Assembly (NCBI RefSeq): GCF_964188315.1
Contig: NC_135669.1
Span: 41,850,001-41,914,000 of the forward strand
Source of the DNA: Podarcis muralis
Taxonomy: Eukaryota
Reading direction: 5' to 3'
DNA length: 64,000 bases
Shown: positions 35,301 through 44,600 of the stretch, piece by piece
Numbering within the stretch: the stretch's first letter is position 1
How the letters are laid out: the number at the start of each line of letters is the position of its first letter
Made by a program: the position numbers and the translations under genes
The notes under the pieces: generated by a model
What the model was told of the DNA's origin: nothing
The model's database searches: none
Seen by the model: only the letters and a program-made list of their open reading frames with translations

Positions 35301-38300
35301 TGACAAACCTTGTAAGCAATCCCCACTGACCTCTTCCTTGGGGCAGGAGAAGGCGATCCTCCCAAAGGCTGCCCCGTGGTCCACGGCTTGGCCGATGCCC
35401 TGCAACTCCAGCTTACACTGGAAGGGGGAAATAAAAGGAAATCAGGCCATTGGGTTTGCAACGAAGACTGGTGCCGCAGCAGCAGCAACAGCAGAAGTGG
35501 GGCTTGCGAAGAGAGCGGTGACATCCATGACACCCATTTAAAGCACATGACTTCCCCGATGGAATCCTGGGAACTGTATAGTTTGTTAACAGTGCTGGGT
35601 AAGGTAAAGGGACCCCTGACCATTAGGTCCAGCTCATCTCGCTTTACTGGCCAAGGGAGCCGGCGTACAGCTTCCGGGTCATGTGGCCAGCATGACTAAG
35701 CCGCTTCTGGCAAACCAGAGCAGCACACGGAAACGCCGTTTACCTTCCCGCCGGAGCGGTACCTATTTATCTACTTGCACTTTGATGTGCTTTTGAACTG
35801 CTAGGTGGTCAGGAGCAGGGACCGAGCAATGGGAGCTCACCCTGTCATGGGGATTCGAACCACGGACCTTCTGATTGGCAAGCCCTAGGCTCTGTGGTTT
35901 AGACCACAGCGTCCGGTAGACAGTGCTGAGTAAAGGTAAAGGGACCCCTGACCATTAGATCCAGTCATGGCCGACTCTGGGGTTGTGGCGCTCATCTCGC
36001 TTTATTGGCCGAGGGAGCTGGCATACAGCTTCCGGGTCATGTGGCCAGCATGACTAAGCCGCTTCTGGCAAACCAGAGCAGCGCACGGAAACACCGTTTA
36101 CCTTCCCACCAGGGTGGTACCTATTTATCTACTTGCACTTTGATGTGCTTTCAAACTGCTAGGTTGGCAAGAGCAGGGACCGAGCAATGGGAGCTCACCC
36201 CGTCGTGGAGATTCGAACCGCCGACCTTCCGATCGGCAAGCCCTAGGCTCAGTGCTTTAGACCACAGCGCCTGGTACCCAGTGCTGGGTACTGAGAACCA
36301 AAGACGCCCAACCACTGCAGAAGCTGGAATGGCGGCCCCTGTCTCTGCCACCCCTACCTGGAAGACGCCCTGAGGATCCCCTCAGCTGCCTGGTGCCCCT
36401 TCAGCCTCACCTGGTTATCTCCATAGCCGAGCAGAGCCTTCTGCTTGTCTTCGTCCTTCTCGTACAGCTTCATGCCCAGGAACTTGGACCAGTAGTCCAC
36501 AGATTTCTGCAGGCTGGACACGGCCAAAGTAACCTTCAGCACAGGATCTGGGAGGGCGGAAGGTCTTCAGGAAGGGATGGGCTTTAGGCACAGGATTGAG
36601 GATTGCAAGAACTTTGGGGCTGGTGGCTGGTAGTTCCTCTCCCCAACTTTATTGTTATTCTTTAGAAAAACTGGTTATATACAGGCAACGCCTCTCCCCC
36701 ACCCGCATTTATGCAGGGGTTATGTTCTGGCCACTGCACGCATCAGTGAAACTGCGTATGTTTGAAACACCTTTTTAAAAGCTTGCAAACACCCTATTCT
36801 GACCCAGTTCCATCCCTCCCCAGCTGAGTTCTGCTCCTTTTTGTGACATTCTTAGGTCACTTCCAGGGGTTTGGCATGATGAGCGTGTGCACAGTTGCAC
36901 ACATATTGAACGCGCGTCAATAGGGGGTTGCCTGTACTGCTGATTCATTATTTTAAAAAATCTGAGCCATTTGCAGCAATTGAACATAAAAACAATACGA
37001 TGGAAGCCGTATCAAATACCGTATTTTTTGCCCTATAAGACTCATTTTTTCCCTCCTAAAAAGTAAGGGGAAATATGTGTGCGTCTTATGCAGCGAATGC
37101 AGGCTGCACAGCTATCCCAGAAGCCAGAACAGCAAGAGGGATTGCTTTTTTTTCTTGTTTTCCTCCTCCAAAAACTAGGTGCGTCTTGTGGTCTGGTGCG
37201 TCTTATAGAGCAAAAAATACGATAATTAAAATCGGAAATCAGTTAGCAATTGTGGAAAGAGGCATTCTTGCCTGCATAAGCTTGAAGGAAAAGAATTTTT
37301 TTTTCAGAAGGCTGAATCCCCACGGGCAGAATAATCCACTGTCATCCTAACTACAGAGTATCATATGGCACCCCCTCTTTACCTTCCTTTGATGACGTTT
37401 TGTCTTCTAGGCAGAACTTGTATCCTCCTGGGGCTTCCGTTTCGTAGACGCCTGCTGAGATCTCTTTGAGCGGCCACTGCAGCTTTTTGGCATTGCTCAC
37501 AGCCTGGCTGGACACAATTGTCATCCCCTGGCATGGCAAGAAGAAGAAGACGAAAATAACCCCAGAATCACAGCCCTGGATGACCTGGGGCCAATTGCCC
37601 TTTCTCAGCCTAACCTGCCTCACAGGGTTGTGTTTGCAATAAAATGGCAAGAGGAGGAGGAGGAGGAGGAGGAGGAGGAGGAGGAGGAGGAAAACATGTT
37701 CACCACCTTGAGCTCCTTGGAGTAAAAGCGGGATATAAATGTAGAATTTGTAGCAGTATAAAAAAATAACACCCGCCTGCCACATTTGACCCCTGAAGTT
37801 TCTGATCCTGCCCAAACTGTTGGATAGGCTTCAGAGGTCTCGCTTTCTGACCGGCCTCTCTTGACAAGACCATCTTTCTTTACAATTGTTTTCGTTTCAT
37901 AAGCCTTATACACTGCTTGATTGTAAAAGAAAAACCCTCAAAGCACTTTACAGAAAGAATAAAATCGTCAATAATAAAAATTAACAATAATTTAAGACTT
38001 TCAAAAAGTTAAAATAAAAATCGACTAAGAACAGATTAAAACGGTCCTGGAATATTTTGATGGAGGACATTGAGCAAGATTTTCTTAACTACAGCTCCCA
38101 TCCTCTGTGCCCATTGGACATGCTTGCTGGTGCTGATGGGACTTGTAGTTTAGCAGCATCAGGAGGGCCAAAGGTTTCCTAACCCCTGCAGTACACCTAA
38201 CCCTACCACAATCGAAGACTCCAAGTCTCAGAACACACAGTCCACGAAAGCTCACTGATCTAGTCCCTTTGCTATGCAAACTCCAAAGTCCCCAGAGCTT

Positions 38301-39694
38301 TTTACCTTTTCTATACTGAGAAATGTGGCCCACCGCACTCCCAGGGCCTACTCAGTGCTTTGTTCATTTCAACTGTTCTTTTGAGCAGAAACTAAGCCTT
38401 AGCGATCCCAGAACCAACGTACTTTGCAAACCTTCTCACTTATCAACCGAATGAAGCGGTGCCTACCAGGAAATCGTTGCCGAGGCGGTAATCTCCGATT
38501 CCGTAATTGTAGGTTAGCTCCGCGACGAAGTGGTTGTCTTCTGGACCGTAGCCCACCATCGTTTTACTCCACTTGCCGTCATAGGGGCTAGAAACACAGC
38601 TGCCTTTTATTTGTATTGCAATAACTCAGGAGGAAAAAAGCCTACATCTCCCACTCCTCTGGGGTTCTTCAGCTCACTCAGATGCCAATGTAAAGGTTCA
38701 ACCTCCAGCATCTCTGGGTAGGGCTGAGCGAGACTCTTGCCTGAAACTCTGGAAAGCCACTGCCAGTCAGAGAGGGTAATAAAGGGCTTGATGGGCAGAC
38801 ATGCCAGGTCAGATTAAGGCAGCTTTTTCTATTCTATTCTAGCTTCCCAGCCTTCTGCTCTCATCAATGGCACAGAACTCCTCCCCACCCAACGCTGCAC
38901 TCATTTGAAGGGCAGCATTCTACCCAGACACTGGCACTATACACAGGTAGAATTGTTGCGCCCGTCCCATGATGTCACAGAAGGTCAGCCAATGGGAAGT
39001 GAGGGAGCATTTATTTTGCAGGCACTACTGGCAGAAGAAGCTTGTGTTGCCAGGCAGCAGCACCTGCCTCAGAGCAATCCACCCCTTTGGGGCTACCGCC
39101 TCCGAACACTCAAGGGCAGGCACATGCAAACTCGGCCCTCCAGATGTTTTGGGACTACAACTCCCATCACTCCTGACCACTGGTCCTGTTAGCTAGGGAT
39201 GATGGGAGTTGTAGTCCCAAAACATCTGGAAGGCCGAGTTTGCCTAGGCCTGCTCAAGAGTGTCGAGGGAAACGTCCGCTTTGATTAGAAACCACCAAAA
39301 TGAAGACAACGTACCCGTTACAAGTGGCCTTGCAGCCTTCTTCAAATTCTTCATGCCTTAGAACCTGTTTGTTTAAGAAAAATAAGTTAACGTTCAGGCA
39401 CAAACAAGAAGGCTTTTGACACTTTTGATGTGCATGGTTTGGAGACACTTTATTTTTAAAATTGTTTTTATTATTGCATTTTAACACAAGGCGCCTGCCC
39501 TGTGGAACGCCCTCCCTTCAGATGTCAAGGAAATAAGCAGCTATCTTATCTTTTAAAAGACATCTGAAGGCAGCCCTGTTCAGAGACGTTTTTAATATTT
39601 AATGCTGTATTATTTTTAACACTCAGTTGGGAGCCACCCAGAGTGGCTGGGGAAACTCAGCCAGATGGGCGGGGTACAAATAATAAATTTATTA

Positions 39695-39728
<34 letters not shown>

Positions 39729-40198
39729 TAACGTTATCTTAAACGCAACATGTGACTATATCAATATAGATATACAGAGACACACACAGATTTTTTCCTG
39801 AAATTTGTTACTTATAAAAAACCAATGCATTCCTGAAAAACTACGTGCGCCGCTCTGCGGCGTAATCAGGAGCGACAAACGTTCACGAAAGCAAACGCCG
39901 CCTCTGTAGGAAAGATTGGGCCAAAGAGGCCGCCGTAACTAACTAGCCGCTCTAGGGAGAGACGCTGAAAAACCAAACCAACTCGTTCCCGCGTGGCTTG
40001 GGACCCTGGGGCACCCGTAGCCGTGACGTCACCCCTGCCTCAAAAAGCCCTCCCCCCAAACTGCCAAGGCCGCTTCCTAACCGCCCACCGTCTCGCGCCC
40101 CCACTTACGCGCATGCCCAGTACATCCCGGTAGAAGCGCGCGGTCTCGGCTCGGTCGCCCACTTTGAACACGAAATGCAGCGCCCGCCGAGCCTTCAT
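32248..40198 (-). CDS. GLOD4: Glyoxalase domain-containing protein 4, 9 exons, 298 aa: complement(join(32248..32313,32418..32504,33841..33954,35331..35417,36411..36547,37383..37527,38467..38587,39315..39364,40109..40198))
   Basis: Spliced translation [16 protein letters not shown]...[31 protein letters not shown]...[17 protein letters not shown]...[13 protein letters not shown] matches GLOD4. All introns GT-AG; 897 nt. Confidence 0.97.
32418..32504 (-). CDS. GLOD4: GLOD4 exon 8 (87 nt)
   Basis: ctttag|[29 protein letters not shown]|gtgagt. Confidence 0.96.
32959..33316 (+). mobile_element. Full-length Sauria SINE
   Basis: gggacgcgggtggcgctgtggg...gggtacctttaccttt; TSD taagactgctgta (32945-32957, 33316-33328). 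Confidence 0.92.
33841..33954 (-). CDS. GLOD4: GLOD4 exon 7 (114 nt)
   Basis: ccccag|[38 protein letters not shown]|gtgagt. Confidence 0.96.
35331..35417 (-). CDS. GLOD4: GLOD4 exon 6 (87 nt)
   Basis: ttccag|[29 protein letters not shown]|gtcagt. Confidence 0.95.
35600..36271 (-). mobile_element. Two tandem Sauria SINEs (35600-35912, 35931-36271)
   Basis: Both begin aaggtaaagggacccctgacc; bracketed by three copies of cagtgctg(g/a)gta. Confidence 0.88.
36411..36547 (-). CDS. GLOD4: GLOD4 exon 5 (137 nt)
   Basis: tcccag|(D)[45 protein letters not shown]|gtgagg. Confidence 0.95.
37019..37222. mobile_element. Tc2/Kanga-like non-autonomous DNA element
   Basis: TA ccgtattttttgccctataagac...tcttatagagcaaaaaatacga TA. 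Confidence 0.75.
37383..37527 (-). CDS. GLOD4: GLOD4 exon 4 (145 nt)
   Basis: tgccag|[48 protein letters not shown]|gtaaag. Confidence 0.95.
37651..37690. repeat. (GGA)n microsatellite
   Basis: Direct reading. Confidence 0.9.
38467..38587 (-). CDS. GLOD4: GLOD4 exon 3 (121 nt)
   Basis: ttctag|[40 protein letters not shown]|gtaggc. Confidence 0.95.
39117..39252. mobile_element. 136-bp palindromic hAT MITE
   Basis: TSD ctcaaggg/ctcaagag. Confidence 0.85.
39315..39364 (-). CDS. GLOD4: GLOD4 exon 2 (50 nt)
   Basis: aaacag|[16 protein letters not shown](G)|gtacgt. Confidence 0.95.
39490..39727 (+). mobile_element. L2-type LINE 3' end with (ATT)n
   Basis: Same family as 6511. Confidence 0.75.
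40109..40198 (-). CDS. GLOD4: GLOD4 exon 1 (90 nt)
   Basis: [30 protein letters not shown]|gtaagt. Confidence 0.95.
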
Positions 40199-40830
40199 AT
40201 TCAGGGGCCTTGTCTTTCTTCCCAGACTTCACCTCACGCGCAAAGCCGCCCACACAGAAGTGATTCGCGAGCAAGCGCGGTCGCCTGATTCAGGGGGTGG
40301 GGTTGCTTTTGTATTTACCCTCTCCCCTTTCTGGCGCGTGGGAATGACGTCACGACACGCCGCCTAAACCTGAGGCAACTTTTAAAATGAATTCTAGAAG
40401 CCTTCAAAAATAAGTTTTAACTTTTTCAAGAGCGCTGTCGCCCCAAATCTGACAGCACTCTTGGAAAAGATACGACTTATTTTTGAAGGCTTCGAAAATT
40501 CATGTTTTTCCACGAACGCTGAGTGGCGTCTCTATAACTTTATACATCTATGGTGAACACCATGTCGGGTGCGTCTTAAAAGTGTGAGCCTGGAAATCGC
40601 AACAATGACTCTACAATGCCATAGCTCTACAAGGGACTCTCAGCCAATGGCCGCTTCCGAATGTCCCCCGGAAGTTGCGCACAAACGTTTTTACGCCCCT
40701 CTTCCATCTCTATGGCTTTTTAGGGCCGGTATACATATATATAAAAAGGACGCTGTTGCCATTAGTGACGGAGATCTCGCGATAGTCTGAGAAGGGGAAA
40801 TCCCGCTCGACGCCCGCGCCAGTAACCAAG
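40199..40830. promoter_or_regulatory. Bidirectional promoter of GLOD4/MRM3
   Basis: Start codons diverge 632 bp apart. CRE TGACGTCA 40345-40352, CCAAT 40644, ETS/GABPA CCGGAAGT 40668-40675, TCTCGCGATA 40775-40784 (ZBTB33/BANP-like), and YY1 CAAGATGGCGGC over the MRM3 ATG. Confidence 0.85.
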
Positions 40831-41159
40831 ATGGCGGCCTTCATGAGGGGAGCGCGAGCCCCCTTCTTGCTGCTCAGGCCGGCCTTGGGCAGCGCGGCCG
40901 GGCGGCGAGGGGTCCGCGCGCTGAAGAGGAGCCCCGTCCGCGTGCTGCCCTCCGTCGCGGAGACGCGGGAGGAGCAGCGACGGGTCGTCCCCGGCGCCCC
41001 TCAGCCCAAGGCCGGCCCTTCGAAGAAGCCTCGGGACCAGGCCGGCTGGGAGAGCAAGGCCCCAAAGGCAGCGGCCGCGAAGGAAGAGAAGAAGGGGCCG
41101 GAACGCAAAGAAGCGGAACTTTGCTTCCAGAAGGCGCAGTCCGGAGACAAGAGGCTTAG
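40831..41159 (+). CDS. MRM3: MRM3 exon 1 (329 nt)
   Basis: caagATGGCG start; ...ELCFQKAQSGDKRL(S); donor AG|gcaagg (GC type). Confidence 0.88.
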
Positions 41160-41533
41160 GCAAGGCCACGCGTGCGCGCAAGGCATTCTGGGGGTTGTCG
41201 TTGGGCAAGGGCGGAGGCCGGGAAGCGACGAATGGGAAAGGGACTACAACTCCCAAGAGCCACCAGGGCAGGCGAGAAAGGCTGCGCGCAAGGGCCTCTG
41301 GGAGTTGCAGTTCTGGGTGAATGGGAGCCAGAGAAGGATGGAAATGTTTGTTGTATTTAAACCCCACCCTTCCACCAAGGAGCAGGGTTCTTTCCCCATT
41401 TTATTCCCACACGAACCCTGTGAGGTTGATTAGGCTGGGAGAGCATGACTGCTTCACGGCTGAGAGGAGTTGAACTCTGGTCTGCCAGTGCCTAATCCAA
41501 CATTCCAGCCGCTGCAGCACACTGGTTTACTAC

Positions 41534-41600
<67 letters not shown>

Positions 41601-44600
41601 GAATAAGAAGCTATTTTAAACTACCTTGAAAAAAGTGACAACTGTATATTAAAACATAAGGCAGTCTTCTCTGTCTGCTGATTCACAGTCTTTAGTATTT
41701 GCAGTGTGAAAGGAAAAACAGAAGGGAAGGGTGTTGTTGTTGTCATTTAGTTGTTTAGTCGTGTCCGACTCTTCATGACCCCCTGGACCAGAGCACGCCA
41801 GGCCCTCCTGTCTTCCACCGCCTCCCGCAGTTTGGTCAGACTCATGCTGGTAGCTTCGAGAACACTGTCCAACCATCTCGTCCTCTGTCGTCCCCTTCTC
41901 CTTGTGCCCTCCATCTTTCCCAACATCAGGGTCTTTTCCAGGGAGTCTTCTCTTCTCATGAGGTGGCCAAAGTCTTGGAGCCTCAGCTTCAGGATCTGTC
42001 CTTCCAGTGAGCACTCAGGCTGATTTCCTTCAGAATGGAGAGGTTTGATCTTCTTGCAGTCCATGAGACTCTCAAGAGTCTCCTCCAGCACCATAATTCA
42101 AAAGCATCAATTCTTCGGCGATCAGCCTTCTTTATGATCCAGCTCTCACTTCCGTACATCACTACTGGGATGATCACCAAAGAATTGATGCTTTTGAATT
42201 ATGGTGCTGGAGGAGAAGGGAAGGGTAGAGGAAAGGAAACGAGCTGGGTTATTCGCCCTTGCAATGATGCTCTCTGGCAGGCAAGGCAGTGCAACTTCCC
42301 AATGTCCCTAAGTCCACATGGCTTTCATTTAGTCAGTCTTCCATGTGGCTCTGGAAGCAGGGTAAGTTTTCCTTCCCTCCCTCACCATAGATACACATCC
42401 TCTCTAGGTTTTTTTTTGGCAGAAAAAGGCTGCAGAAGGATGTGATGGAGATTGGATGGGTTGATACAGAAAGCTGCCTTATAGCAAGTCAGAGCAACCC
42501 GTCCATTTAGCTCAGAATTGTCTGCACTGCCCAGCAGTGACTTTCCATGATTTCAGGAAGGCAACACTCCCATGAGACGCCAGGGATTGAACCTGGAGCC
42601 TTGTGAATGAAACGCTGAGGCTGTACCGTGGAGCTACAACCATTCTCCTGGTATTGGTGGGCTTGTTGTAAATGGAAACAGTTGTGCACATTTTGGATTT
42701 GTTTCTCTTGGAAGAAGCACCTCTGGTTGAGCAGGCCGATGTGCTCTATCGCTTTTGGTGGTTGTCATTTTTTTGGGCTACAGATAACATTTGTCAACCA
42801 GCCTGGGGAAGAAAAGTTTGTGGGCTTGACGGATCTGTTTCTCTGCAGCAAAGTGGTGACGCTTGCCAAGTCCAGGTCGTTTCGCGAGAGACACGGGAAG
42901 ATCCTGCTGGAGGGCAGGCGACTCATCGCCGATGCGCTGGCAGCTGGCGCCGTTCCCCAGACACTCTTCTTCAGTGCCATAGAGCATTTGAAGGAGCTGC
43001 CAGTGGACAAGCTGAAAGGCGTCAGCCTTGTTAAGGTGAAGTTTGAAGACCTCAAGACCTGGTCTGATGTCATCACATCTCAGGGTGTGATTGGTAAGTT
43101 CATCAGGAACGTAGGGAGGCTGCCTTATGCACAGCCAGGCCATTGGTCCCTCTGAGCTCAGTAATGTCCACACTGGCTGGCAGCAGCTCTGCAGGGTCTC
43201 AGACAAGAGGATATTCCCAGCCCAAGCTGGAAGTGCTGGAAATTAAACCAGGGAGAGGCTGATACAGTGGTACCTCGGGTTACATACGCTTCAGGTTACA
43301 GATGCTTCAGGTTACAGACTCTGCTAACCCAGAAATAGTACCTTGGGTTAAGAACTTTGCTTCAGGATGAGAACAGAAATCATGCTCCAGCGGCGCAGCA
43401 GCAGTGGGAGGCCCCATTAGCTGAAGTGGTGCTTCAGGTTAAGAATAGTTTCAGGTTAAGAACGGACCTCTGGAACGAATTAAATACATAACCAGAGGTA
43501 CCACTGTACTTTGTCTCGGAGTCACAGCTCTTTTCCTGAAATTAAAACAAGATTCTAGTCCTTATGAGGGGCTGGTTTAAAGAGGAACATGGGAAGCTGC
43601 CTTATACTGAGTCAGACTGTATTGACCCTTCTAGCTCAGTAGTGTCTACACTGACTGGAAGTGGCACTCCAGAATTTCAGGCACTCGTGGGGTGTGTGAA
43701 GCAGGGCCAGTAGGGGGTGTGGCCTGGGGAGAGGCTTTGGGAGGGTCTCGAGGGGCCCATTTGAGGCTGCGGGTCTGAGCCTCCACCCTTGTACTAAAGG
43801 AATCTTCCCTGACTGCATTTCCTCCAGGAATCTTCTCCAGACCAGACCACGCCAAAATGGCGTACCCAGAAGTCCAGCGAGAACATGCGCTGCCCCTCTC
43901 TCTGATCTGCGACAACATCCGCGACCCAGGGAACATGGGCACCCTCCTAAGATCAGCAGCTGGAGCAGGCTGCAGCAGGGTGCTGCTTCTAAAAGGTGGG
44001 GAGCGTCACTCTATGGATAGATCAGAGCTGGGTTCCAATTCCGCTTCTGCTCCTGGGGGCAGGACCTGTTTGGGGTCTTCCCAGAGGCCAGGTGGTTGGT
44101 CCCACAAGAGGCAGTGACTGCCTCCAACCTGGACAGCTTTAAGAGAGAGTGAATCAGAAACTGCAACATGCCTTTGAATAACAGTTGCTGGAAATTGGAG
44201 ATGGGGAGAGGGCTCAGAAATATTACCTGTCCCTGCTCTCAGGCTTCTTTCTCTTTCTCTGCATTCTGTGGCCTGATGGGAATTACCGTATTTTTCGCTC
44301 TATAACACGCAGTTTTTTCCTCCTGGAAAGTAAGGGGAAATGTCTGTGCGTGTTATGGAGCGAATGCCTACAGATGGCAGGGGAATCCGCTGCAGTTGTG
44401 AGCAGTCCGTGGCTCTCTTTGAAACTGCAAAGCGGGTGTAAGCGGCTCCTGTCAGCGAGCCGAGCCGGGCAGGAGGGAGAGAAGCAGAGCGGGGTTGGTT
44501 GCTTTAAAACAACCCCGTGCTCTATGTCCCTCTCTCTTCTCCACTGAGCTGCTAAGTAGCAGCAAAGCTTTTCAGCCAGCCTAGCCGGGAGGAGGGAGAG

